From positions 1 to 36,435 of the forward strand of contig LCLB01000004.1 of assembly GCA_001001795.1 (NCBI GenBank): DNA of 36,435 bases. Reading direction: 5' to 3'. This DNA comes from Parcubacteria group bacterium GW2011_GWF1_45_5 (GTDB lineage: Bacteria; Patescibacteriota; Minisyncoccia; UBA6257; Brennerbacteraceae). Under the pieces are notes generated by a model, which saw nothing but the letters and a program-made list of their open reading frames with translations, was not told the origin of the DNA and made no database searches. Positions 8,667 through 17,671 of this stretch are shown in pieces (within the stretch, counting starts at the first letter, position 1; every line of letters begins with the position of its first letter). A program made the translations under genes and the position numbers.

Positions 8667-9506
8667 ATGAAAAATCTCTTTATTATCTTATTCATTGTTT
8701 CCTTTGTTGTGGCGTTCGGATTTATGTTCGAAAGGCCGGGCTTCGAAGAGCTCAATTCGATATTTTCGGTGGCCTCGTTTCTGTTCGGCATTTTTATCGC
8801 CTTCTCTATTGCCAATGCCCACGGCCGTTTGCAAAAAATATCCGAAACTCTGAAAGACCACGACGCTCTGCTTCTTTCCCTATTTACCCTATCATCGCAA
8901 TTACCCCGGAAGATTCATGAATCCATACAAAAACTCATTGACACATATCTTATAGCGCAACTTGATTTTTATCTGACGGATTTCCGAATGACGCAAAAAG
9001 ATTTTCAAAATCTTATCGATTATACGTTGTCTTTCGAAACAAAAAACGAACCGGAACAAATCATCGAGGAAAAGTTTATTGACCTTATCCCTGATGCCAT
9101 CCGGCAACGAAAACAGGTGGAATCGCTGATACAGCAACCGCTCACCAAACTGGAATGGGTCACCACGGTTGCCCTTTTGTCGATTATCCTGGCCTGTCTG
9201 TTCTTTTTGAACAACGGCAGTCTCATCGGGATTTTCTCGACATTCCTGATGAGTGTTGTCGCAGTCCTGCTTTTGGTAATTCTCTGGAATCTGGATTCCC
9301 TTAAATGGAAAGAACAGTCCTGGGTATGGGGAGAGATTTCGGAACTGTTCGAGAATATCGGATGTATTCCTTATTACCCGGATAATATTTTTTTGAAATT
9401 AAGGCAAAAAAGTGTAACGAAAAAAAGCGCTGTAGTACGGGTGGCCGAATACCCGAATCACTATCCCGATATGAAGGGAAAAATAATAAAAGAAGTGAGT
9501 CTCTAG
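8667..9506 (+). CDS. multi-pass membrane protein (DUF4239/bestrophin-like architecture)
   Basis: Two TM helices, a helical soluble domain, two TM helices; family assignment tentative. Confidence 0.7.
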   Translation: MKNLFIILFIVSFVVAFGFMFERPGFEELNSIFSVASFLFGIFIAFSIANAHGRLQKISETLKDHDALLLSLFTLSSQLPRKIHESIQKLIDTYLIAQLDFYLTDFRMTQKDFQNLIDYTLSFETKNEPEQIIEEKFIDLIPDAIRQRKQVESLIQQPLTKLEWVTTVALLSIILACLFFLNNGSLIGIFSTFLMSVVAVLLLVILWNLDSLKWKEQSWVWGEISELFENIGCIPYYPDNIFLKLRQKSVTKKSAVVRVAEYPNHYPDMKGKIIKEVSL

Positions 9507-9528
9507 CCCCGGAAACCACGCTAAAGGG

Positions 9529-9537
9529 TGTTATACT
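9529..9537 (+). promoter_or_regulatory. extended -10 promoter
   Basis: TGtTATACT 24 nt upstream of ATG 9562. Confidence 0.5.
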
Positions 9538-9561
9538 GAACATACTTAACATCACCCTCCT

Positions 9562-11847
9562 ATGAATATTCTGGTTACGGGAGCTACCGGATTCATTGGC
9601 TCACACCTTGTCCCTGAACTTCTTAAAAACAACCACAAGGTAACCATATTTACCCGGGAAGATTCCGATACGTCAGCTTTGCCTGCGAGCAGAATTGTCG
9701 TCAAACAGGGATCGTTTTCCAGCGAGGAAGATGTCGCCAGCGTCCTTAAGGGAATCGATGCTGTGATTCACCTGGTGGGAACATGGAATACATGGGGCAA
9801 ATCTTCCCGTGACATTTGGAATATCAACGTATTCCCATTGCAACAAATTATCCGCTATACGCCCAAAACCATCAAACAGATTCTTTTCCTGAGCTCCGCC
9901 CACGTCTACGACCTTACCCAACCTTCCCCGATATCGGAAACGGATAAAACCAAATTATGGAACCAGTACGTCTCGAGCAAGCTTGATGCGGAGCGGATCC
10001 TTAAAGAAAGCACACGACCCCACACGATTTTCCGCCCCGGCATTGTGTACGGAGAAGGTGACGTAAAGGGCTTTGTTGCCAACCTTATCAAAACAGCACA
10101 GGGAAGGTTCGTGTTTATCCCCGGATCCGGAAATAACTTCATCCATCCCGTCCATATCAACGACCTTGTCGCCGCGATTATTTCGGCAATAGGAAGGAAA
10201 CCGGCAAATGAAATCATGAATATCGCCGGGCCGGAGCCCGTCACCCTCAACGATCTGGTGAATAACATTATTTCGCTCTCGCAATCCCCGGCACAAAAAC
10301 TGCATGTGCCGAAATTTCTTCTTCCCCTTGCCATAAACATATTCAAATATTTTCCATCCTCAAAAGAACCGCTGGTAACACCCGACCGTGTCCATATCAG
10401 CAGCGCTTCAAGAACCTTCGACTGCTCTCTGGCACAACGGCTTATTTCATTTTCTCCTGCGGTAAAAATCCAGGATGAACTCTCGAACGTTATCAACGCC
10501 ACCTTGAAAGAAAAAACTCCATTACGGAATATTTTGGCGACTCCCCTTGGTATCATACAAAAAGCCGCGGAACGCATCCAAACACCGTTTTTCGTATTTG
10601 ACGAACAGGTTCTCATCCATAACTACCAAAAACTCTTCCGGGCCGTTACTGCCCACTATCCGACGGCTACCATTTATTATTCGGCAAAAACAAACTACGA
10701 ACCCGCAGTTCTTTCCGCGCTCCGGCAGCTCGGATCGTCTTTAGAGATCGCTTGCGGCCACGAACTAATGGCGGGGACACTGGCGGGGTTTCACGGCAGA
10801 GAGATGTGCTTTGACGGACCCGTCAAGACAAAACAGGATCTCGAATACGCGCTTGACCATGACGTATTCATATACAATCTTGATTCTTACGAAGCAGCGG
10901 AAGAGCTTAATGCCCTTGCGCAATCGCGCAATAAAATAGTCAATGTCGGATACCGCATCAACCTCGGCATGAAAGGATTCCTGAAAGGACCCGCGGAAGC
11001 ATACATCACCAAATTCGGCATTGAGCTGCAGGATGCCCCGGCTTTATACCTCAAGACGAAAAAACTTCCACACCTGAAGATCACCGGCATTCATACCCAT
11101 ATCGGCTCCCAGATCACCGATCCTAGTTTATACGAACGCTCCATCAAACAATTGATCGCGCTCGCGCACGAACTGGAGCGCAACGGGATACCGATCGAGG
11201 AAATAAACATCGGCGGCGGCATTCCTTCACCCAACCTGACCAAAACAACCATCATTGATCTTGCGGCCTCGGTATTACCCTTCATGAAAGGGATAATTAA
11301 ATTTTTACCGCGCAAGCACGTCCCTTCCATAGAAACTTACGGAGAAATTATCGGAAAAACATTTGCCTACGAAAGCAAAATTCTCAAACACCCCGCGCGC
11401 CTTTGCCTTGAACCGGGCAGATCATTGGTCAGCAGCATGGGTATACTGGTTTCACGCGTATCCCATATCAAAGGACGTTGGATTTTTCTGGATGCCAGCA
11501 CTTATTCGGTTCCAGAATCGATATTCTTCGCCCGACGGAGATTCTTGGTTCCGGAAAAAATAGCTTTGAAACGGCTCAGCGAATACAGCCTTGCCGGAGC
11601 CAGTCTGAATACCGCAGATATTTTCTCGAATCAAGAACAACTTCCTGTTATGGATCCCGGGGATATCGTTCTTATCTTGGATGCCGGAGCTTATTCCGTA
11701 TCCAGGGCGACCCAATTCACTATTCTTAACCCTCCAGTATATATGTTAAAAAACAACGAATGCCTTCAATTAATTAAAGAGAAAGGAACCTATGAAAGTG
11801 CTCTCGCACAAACTTACCAAGGAACAACGCGAATCTCACTGGAATAA
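9562..11847 (+). CDS. fusion: NAD-dependent epimerase/dehydratase (extended SDR) + fold-type III PLP decarboxylase (LysA/ODC-like)
   Basis: N-half: VTGATGFIG, YVSSK, RPGIVYG; C-half: TPFFVFD, YSAKTN, KFG, HTHIGSQ, NIGGG, LEPGRS, DAGAY. Confidence 0.9.
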   Translation: MNILVTGATGFIGSHLVPELLKNNHKVTIFTREDSDTSALPASRIVVKQGSFSSEEDVASVLKGIDAVIHLVGTWNTWGKSSRDIWNINVFPLQQIIRYTPKTIKQILFLSSAHVYDLTQPSPISETDKTKLWNQYVSSKLDAERILKESTRPHTIFRPGIVYGEGDVKGFVANLIKTAQGRFVFIPGSGNNFIHPVHINDLVAAIISAIGRKPANEIMNIAGPEPVTLNDLVNNIISLSQSPAQKLHVPKFLLPLAINIFKYFPSSKEPLVTPDRVHISSASRTFDCSLAQRLISFSPAVKIQDELSNVINATLKEKTPLRNILATPLGIIQKAAERIQTPFFVFDEQVLIHNYQKLFRAVTAHYPTATIYYSAKTNYEPAVLSALRQLGSSLEIACGHELMAGTLAGFHGREMCFDGPVKTKQDLEYALDHDVFIYNLDSYEAAEELNALAQSRNKIVNVGYRINLGMKGFLKGPAEAYITKFGIELQDAPALYLKTKKLPHLKITGIHTHIGSQITDPSLYERSIKQLIALAHELERNGIPIEEINIGGGIPSPNLTKTTIIDLAASVLPFMKGIIKFLPRKHVPSIETYGEIIGKTFAYESKILKHPARLCLEPGRSLVSSMGILVSRVSHIKGRWIFLDASTYSVPESIFFARRRFLVPEKIALKRLSEYSLAGASLNTADIFSNQEQLPVMDPGDIVLILDAGAYSVSRATQFTILNPPVYMLKNNECLQLIKEKGTYESALAQTYQGTTRISLE

Positions 11848-12529
11848 CGTTGCCAGCCATTTCTCGCCGGTTACGGACGCCTACAGCACAAAGTTATACG
11901 GTGACGGAGAGTGGCGATTATTCCAGAAATTTTTCAAGGATCTTAAAGGGAAAAAACTTCTTAAGCTCGATCTCTGGAACGAAAACTTCAACACACCAAT
12001 CCTCGACCGGGCAATCGAAGCCGGCATGGAGGTCAACGGAGTCGATATATCTCCGGAAATAGTGAAAGGCGCAACCGAAAAATTCCGTGCCAAATACACC
12101 ACCGGATTTTCGTTTGTCGCTGCCGATATCCGCAATCTCCCTTACCCGGATCACACCTTTGACTATGTCTACACCATGGGGACAATCGAGCATGTCCCGG
12201 ACCCCCAAACCGCCATCAAAGAGATCTTCCGCGTCCTTAAGCCCGACAGCATCGCCATTATCGGAATTCCCTACCGGTACGACATTTTCGGCAGGGCGGC
12301 ATTTATCTGGATCGGTAACAAGCTCGGCTTTTTACCTTATGGCGATGAAATGTGTTTCTCCTGGAAGCAGTTCAAGGCGCTTTTTACAGGCATCCCGTTC
12401 GTATTCACGGACAAGAGCGGCGCTTATTTTATGCCATGGTTCATCCGCTTTGCCGACATGTGGCTGACTCAGCATTTCAGGGCTGTCGCCTATATCGTGC
12501 AAAAACCACATGCCGGAAAAGAAACATAA
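11792..12529 (+). CDS. class I SAM-dependent methyltransferase
   Basis: GVDIS, ADIRNLPYPDHTFDYV, IEHV, EIFRVLKP; atypical motif I (KLDLWNE). Confidence 0.85.
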   Translation: MKVLSHKLTKEQRESHWNNVASHFSPVTDAYSTKLYGDGEWRLFQKFFKDLKGKKLLKLDLWNENFNTPILDRAIEAGMEVNGVDISPEIVKGATEKFRAKYTTGFSFVAADIRNLPYPDHTFDYVYTMGTIEHVPDPQTAIKEIFRVLKPDSIAIIGIPYRYDIFGRAAFIWIGNKLGFLPYGDEMCFSWKQFKALFTGIPFVFTDKSGAYFMPWFIRFADMWLTQHFRAVAYIVQKPHAGKET

Positions 12530-14809
12530 CGGCACTCCTCATTATTTGTTGTTCGCACTCATATCCATCAGCGCACTTTTCCTGATCCCATGGATAGCGG
12601 GATACGGATTCGCCGATGCCGATTCCCTGGCGTTTTACTATCCGGCATTTTCCTTTTTCCACCAAGCGATTACCGCTCACACAAGTACCCTTTGGTCGCC
12701 TTACCTTTTGTCGGGATTCCCCTTGTATGCGGATCTCATAGGCGGCTTCCTGCACCCTCTTTCAACTGTTGTCTACGGCCTGACAAACGGATTTCTGGGG
12801 GGATACCATATTCTCTTTCTTATCAACCTCTTGATCGCCGGAGCGTGCACCTACGGGCTTGCGCGTGCAATCGGAATTTCCGGTTTGGGATCACTATCCC
12901 GCCCGTATATTTTACCTTACCAGTTTTATCAGGACTCCTGCTTTCCCTTGAATACTCCTATACCAAATCGAAAAAATGGATGCTTCTGGGAATATATGTC
13001 CTGGGCACCGGACTTCTGGCGGGTCATGCGCAGCTCGTGCTCTTGAGCCTTACCGCCGCAATGGTATGGATTCTCTTCCGCTTGAAAACATATCGCATAT
13101 CTATTCTTAAAGCAGGGATTATCTTTGCGACAATCTGCGCCGCAGGGCTGATTATCGGCGCGCCCTATCTGATCCCCGCGTACCACCTGAAACAATTGAG
13201 CGAACGGAGTATCCCACTTTCACTTTCTCTCTCTCAGCAGGAGGGATTGTCTGTCTTCGACGGGATTCATCTTTTCTTTCCTTCGGCGGAGTTATTGTTC
13301 CCCTGGCTGTCGTCATCGGAGTCTTTTCTGTTTATCGGCACACTACCGTTGCTTCTGGCATGTTTGGCGATATGTTCAAAACAAAAATCGCCCTCCCTTA
13401 AGCTTGTTATATGGGGAGTCGCCTTGAGCTTTGTGGCAAGTATACTGTATTCACCTTTGAACATCGCTCTGCACTACCTGCCTGTTTTTAACTGGTTCAG
13501 GGTCCCCAGCCGGTGGCTCTATATCACTGTTGGTTTTCTTGCGCTTCTGGCAGGATATGGCGCGGATAATCTTCAGGACCGTTCTGCTTCACGAAAAAAA
13601 ATCATCCAGGGAACTATTTTCGTTATTGTCGCTCTTTTGATCGGATCAGTTGTCTTGTCTCTTTTTTCCGATAAGATTATCTCATTTGTCAAAATCCTAT
13701 ATGAACGTGCCTATATCGCGGGAATAGTGCCAATAATGACAACACATGCCTGGCAAGTCCTCGCCTTTTTCGTACATACGCTCCGTAACAGCATCTCTTT
13801 GTTTAATCCTTCGATTCTGATAACTATTTTGAGCTGGGGCGCAGCACTTTGGTTTCTCAAAAAGGCCCCTGAATTGTCTTTCGAAAAGAATAAAAGATAC
13901 CTTTCCGCACTGATACTTATCGGTTCGTTTATTTCAATCACTACCATTACCAAGTTGGCTCCACGAAAAATCATTACCGAAGCCTCTCCGGTGGTTACTT
14001 TTTTGAAAGAAAACATGGACCCCGGTTATCGGACTTTCAGCTATCTTGGTAAAGAGGCGCTCTGGGAATACGAAATACGGAATAAACGCACGAATACGCA
14101 GGAAACTATAGAGTGGTACCATGCCACCCTTGCCCACAACACCGGACAATTCTTCGGCATCCCGCAAGTAACAGGATACAGCTCGGTTGCCACGAACCGA
14201 CAACGCCTGTTCGCGTCCGAACTCGGCACAACTTGGATGATTCCTTTGAATAACCAACGCACAATCCGCGACAACCCAGAAAAATATATAAGCGAACGGA
14301 TCCAATTACTCCGCATGGGTTCAACGCAATACATTATCAGTCCCTATGAAATAATCCATCCTCTAGTTACCGAAAAATTCCGTACAGAATCAAACTCCTT
14401 GCCGGTACGTATCTATGAAGTTTCCCAACCGTATCCGCACGTATTCCCACCCGAACATATTATTTGTGTTGCAAACGAAAAAGAGGCATTGGAAGCCATA
14501 CTCAAGACAGCCACCTCTTCTTATGTGGGGGTTATAGAAATGGAAGAGTGCCCCTGGAAAACCATGGACCAACCGTCGGCTAAAATAAATGTCTCGAATA
14601 CCAGCATTAATCCTGGCCTTATTTCATTCACGGTAAAAAGCGAGGTGCCTGCCTGGGTTATCATCAACGAATCATATCTGCCGGGATGGCACGGATATAT
14701 CAACGGCGAAGAAACACAGATCCACCTCGCCAATCTTTTGTTTCAAAAAATCTGGATTTTACCAGGAACCAGTGAGGTAGTCGTACGTTTTAAAGGTATT
14801 AATCAATAA
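12510..14809 (+). pseudogene. YfhO-like GT-C membrane glycosyltransferase, frameshifted near 12895
   Basis: 5' ORF has D...YYP and LWSPY..SGFPLYA motifs; 3' ORF has LAGHAQ, FIG..PL.LA, FRVPSRW and a C-terminal ESYLPGWHGYING...AN motif. Confidence 0.8.
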
Positions 14810-14813
14810 CAAA

Positions 14814-15533
14814 ATGTCTCCTGTAAAATTTTCGATCTGTATCCCTGTCCTGAATGAAGAACATTATATCGGGATCCTCCTTGAAGCATTGTCGCGCCAA
14901 ACATATAAAAATTTCGAAGTCGTGATCGCCGATGGAAATTCCGAAGACAAAACCATTGAGATTGTAAAATCGTTCAAGACTCGACTTTCTATAACCGTTA
15001 TTCGTACCACTGTCCGCGGGGTTTCCCATGAACGAAACCTCGCGGCACACAACAGTAAAGAAGAGCATTTGTTGTTTTTGGATGCCGATACAAAAATAAA
15101 TGATGATTTTCTGGAACAACTGGTTTTTTGCCTTCTGGAACACCCGGTTGATACCGCGACCTGTTGGAACAAACCGCTTTCAAAAAATTTAGTAGATAAA
15201 ATCGCCTTTAATGCATATAACTCGCTTTTCTTATCCAAGGCGGTCACGGGTACATGTATCTACTCAAAACGTTCGGTATTCAAAAAAATTGGCGGCTTTA
15301 ACGAAACAATGCAATACGGAGAAGATAATGAAATTATTAACCGAGCCCGCAAATCGGGATATTCCTTTACTGTCTTCAAAAAACCGATTGTATTCTTTTC
15401 CACGCGGAGAATGGAAAAAGAAGGTCGTCTTAAATTTTATGCCCGCGCCATTTTTTGGGGAGGTTGCGCATATATTTTCGGGAGGGTACCCAAAAAGGCC
15501 CGCATTAAATACGAGTTCGGAAAACATATATGA
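14814..15533 (+). CDS. glycosyltransferase family 2
   Basis: SICIPVLNEE, ADGNSED.T, RN, FLDAD, GGFNE, GED, STRR. Confidence 0.93.
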   Translation: MSPVKFSICIPVLNEEHYIGILLEALSRQTYKNFEVVIADGNSEDKTIEIVKSFKTRLSITVIRTTVRGVSHERNLAAHNSKEEHLLFLDADTKINDDFLEQLVFCLLEHPVDTATCWNKPLSKNLVDKIAFNAYNSLFLSKAVTGTCIYSKRSVFKKIGGFNETMQYGEDNEIINRARKSGYSFTVFKKPIVFFSTRRMEKEGRLKFYARAIFWGGCAYIFGRVPKKARIKYEFGKHI

Positions 15534-15539
15534 TATAAT
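15531..15539 (+). promoter_or_regulatory. extended -10 promoter for tRNA-Val
   Basis: TGaTATAAT 10 nt upstream of the tRNA. Confidence 0.55.
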
Positions 15540-15549
15540 GGTGCCACCA

Positions 15550-15621
15550 GCGCGATTGGCTCAGTGGTAGAGCGCTTCGTTGACATCGAAGAGGTCATAG
15601 GTTCGATCCCTATATCGCGCA
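15550..15621 (+). tRNA. tRNA-Val(GAC)
   Basis: Acceptor GCGCGAT/ATCGCGC, anticodon arm CTTCG-TTGACAT-CGAAG, GTTCGAT T-loop; CCA not encoded. Confidence 0.96.
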
Positions 15622-15627
15622 CATAAT

Positions 15628-16380
15628 ATGGAAACAAAAGACATCCGCATTGTTTTCGAACATGACGATTTCGTTGTTATCGACAAACCGGCCGGCATAC
15701 TCGTCCACCCTTCCGGAAGCAAAAAGGAAGGTGACGAAAGACCAACGGTGCTCGACTGGATAATAACTCATTACTCTGGTACGGGAAAAATCCTTGACCC
15801 AATTTCCCAGGAAAAAAAATGCGGCATCGTACACCGCTTGGACAAGGAAACTTCCGGCATCATGGTTATCGCAAAACATCAATCGGCATTCGATGAACTG
15901 AAACTCCTTTTCCAAAATCGTGCTGTATCGAAAACTTATCGCGCCCTCCTTATCGGGCCGTTACCGAACAAACAAGGAACCATAAATCTCCCTATTGCCA
16001 AAGCAAAGCAAGGAACGAAACGGACCACCCGCGTGCGCATAAATCAGCATAGCCGCGAAGCCGTCACTGATTACCGCATACTCAATGCTTACACCGACGC
16101 ACTTATTATCCCTGGTCAAATCCTTTCGTACAGCGAACTCCGGCCCAAAACCGGCCGGACCCATCAATTAAGGGTTCATTGTGCGGCTATCGGCCACCCC
16201 ATTGCCGGAGATTATTTATACGGAGGTAAACCGGCTCTGGCATACCGGGAAGATCTGGGACGAATATTTCTTCATGCCTATTCCCTGGAATTTGTTTTCG
16301 GAAAATCCGCTTTCTGTTTTGAAGCAGAACTCCCGAAGGAACTCAACGACTTTCTGAAAAAATTGCAGACTCTTGGATAG
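15628..16380 (+). CDS. RluA-family RNA pseudouridine synthase
   Basis: DKPAG..VHP, GIVHRLDKETSG, KTY.A, TGRTHQLRVH, GD.LYG, LHA. Confidence 0.95.
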   Translation: METKDIRIVFEHDDFVVIDKPAGILVHPSGSKKEGDERPTVLDWIITHYSGTGKILDPISQEKKCGIVHRLDKETSGIMVIAKHQSAFDELKLLFQNRAVSKTYRALLIGPLPNKQGTINLPIAKAKQGTKRTTRVRINQHSREAVTDYRILNAYTDALIIPGQILSYSELRPKTGRTHQLRVHCAAIGHPIAGDYLYGGKPALAYREDLGRIFLHAYSLEFVFGKSAFCFEAELPKELNDFLKKLQTLG

Positions 16381-16434
16381 TATGTTAGAATACCGTTTCA
16401 AGATATTTCGTTTTTTATTCTTTATTTTCGTTAT

Positions 16435-16872
16435 ATGACCACTCTTAAAGCTTTGGAACACCAGAAAAAACAGATACATGTCGGCCTCCCTCAGCTCAGA
16501 TCGGGTATGAAGGTCAAGGTATGGTACAAAATCTTAGAAAAAGGCAAGTCCAGAACCACCTTTTTCGAAGGCATTATTATTGCGATTAAACACGGTCAAA
16601 AAACAACCAATAGTATGTTCACAGTCCGCAAGATCGCGGTGGACAATATCGGTGTTGATATGACCTGGCCTCTCCATTCGCCGGTCATAGAAAAAATAGA
16701 TATTATTCAGGTGGCGAAAACACGCCGCAACAAACTTTATTTCTTGCGCGATAAATCAAAGAAACAGGTTCGCGCAAAGCTGCGCAAGCACACGGTCTTC
16801 AAGGAAATCATCGCTCCCGCTGTTGAAGAAACTGCGGAAACGCCGGAAGAAGAAAGTAAAACAACCGAATAA
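16435..16872 (+). CDS. rplS: 50S ribosomal protein L19
   Basis: G..VKV..KI.E, FEG.IIA, FTVRKI, GV...PLHSP.IEKI, RRNKLYFLR. Confidence 0.95.
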   Translation: MTTLKALEHQKKQIHVGLPQLRSGMKVKVWYKILEKGKSRTTFFEGIIIAIKHGQKTTNSMFTVRKIAVDNIGVDMTWPLHSPVIEKIDIIQVAKTRRNKLYFLRDKSKKQVRAKLRKHTVFKEIIAPAVEETAETPEEESKTTE

Positions 16873-16881
16873 CTCCTTAAC

Positions 16882-16919
16882 AAAACTCCGCGGGTACGTT
16901 ATAATGATCGCGGAGTTTT
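16882..16919 (+). terminator. inverted repeat after rplS (terminator-like) with TATAAT in the loop
   Basis: aaaactccgcg / cgcggagtttt 11-bp arms; TATAAT at 16900-16905. Confidence 0.6.
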
Positions 16920-16924
16920 ATATT

Positions 16925-16984
16925 GCGCGGGTGGTGAACCCCGTATAACAACAAGTTGTATACGGGGCGAGCCGATACACTACC
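16925..16984 (+). repeat. duplicated 5' end of tRNA-Leu interrupted by a palindrome
   Basis: GCGCGGGTGGTGAA (16925-16938) is identical to tRNA-Leu nt 1-14; then ccccgtata...tatacgggg (16939-16967); then gatacactacc resembling tatacacgctacc of the tRNA. Confidence 0.8.
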
Positions 16985-17031
16985 GCATTATGTGATGAAG
17001 CGCAATAAAACGTAAATCGCAAAGCTCTGTC

Positions 17032-17115
17032 GCGCGGGTGGTGAAATGGTATACACGCTACCTTGAGGTGGTAGTGCCGAAAGGCGTGGAGGTTCAACTC
17101 CTCTCCCGCGCACCA
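17032..17115 (+). tRNA. tRNA-Leu(GAG)
   Basis: Acceptor GCGCGGG/CCCGCGC, anticodon arm CTACC-TTGAGGT-GGTAG, long variable arm, encoded CCA. Confidence 0.97.
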
Positions 17116-17133
17116 AATGTAACTTTGTCGGAA

Positions 17134-17162
17134 TTGACTAAATAACTATAACATGTTATTGT
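17134..17162 (+). promoter_or_regulatory. sigma70-like promoter
   Basis: TTGACT-17 bp-TATTGT with TG extension. Confidence 0.5.
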
Positions 17163-17207
17163 GATTTTTAGACCTAAGTGTCTAATATCTTTCAGAAGGA
17201 GGATGAA

Positions 17208-17489
17208 ATGTGTAGAACACATAGCTTCGGGGGACCGCCATACGGCATCCCCATCCCGGCAGAAGTCTACGAACAATTCCCCCAAAACGTCAAAGACGCT
17301 TATAAGACCTTTGACGACTGGTGGCAAAATGTTTTGGCGCTTGACAATCCCGTCAGTCGCAAAGACATGCCTGCTAATATTGCCGAAGCCTTGGAAACAA
17401 TCAAGGCAGCACCAATTCCCGGCCACGAAGGCGCCACTGGGGCAGACTCCTGTTATATCAATGGGGTCGAAATGCAATTCGCAGACTAA
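17208..17489 (+). CDS. small hypothetical protein (93 aa)
   Basis: GGAGG Shine-Dalgarno 5 nt before ATG 17208 (MCRTHSFGGPPYG...), own promoter and terminator. Confidence 0.75.
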   Translation: MCRTHSFGGPPYGIPIPAEVYEQFPQNVKDAYKTFDDWWQNVLALDNPVSRKDMPANIAEALETIKAAPIPGHEGATGADSCYINGVEMQFAD

Positions 17490-17504
17490 TTCTGGGGCAC
17501 CACA

Positions 17505-17535
17505 AAAAACGGATGAGTTAAACTCATCCGTTTTT
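17505..17535. terminator. bidirectional Rho-independent terminator
   Basis: aaaaacggatgagtt-a-aactcatccgttttt perfect inverted repeat. Confidence 0.8.
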
Positions 17536-17671
17536 CAATATTCACAAACAACTGTTTTCTGTACTGTGCTATAATTATACACTTTGCGCGAACCTTTTTT
17601 GAACGAAACTGACGCTCAAAATGGGTTCGCGCATTTTCAAACAAAGGGCACCACGATTCTTAAAATAATTG

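Noticed and set aside
9906..10616. Long antisense or alternate-frame ORFs (also 18359..19117, 24805..25323, 32233..32880, 35645..36097)
   Set aside because: They shadow well-supported genes and have no recognisable motifs.
10500..11847. Assigning the symbol lysA
   Set aside because: The domain is fused to an SDR, lacks the conserved Cys motif and has no lysine-pathway context; substrate uncertain.
16939..17031. tRNA intron in tRNA-Leu
   Set aside because: The downstream tRNA is complete by itself; the upstream piece is a duplication, not an exon.
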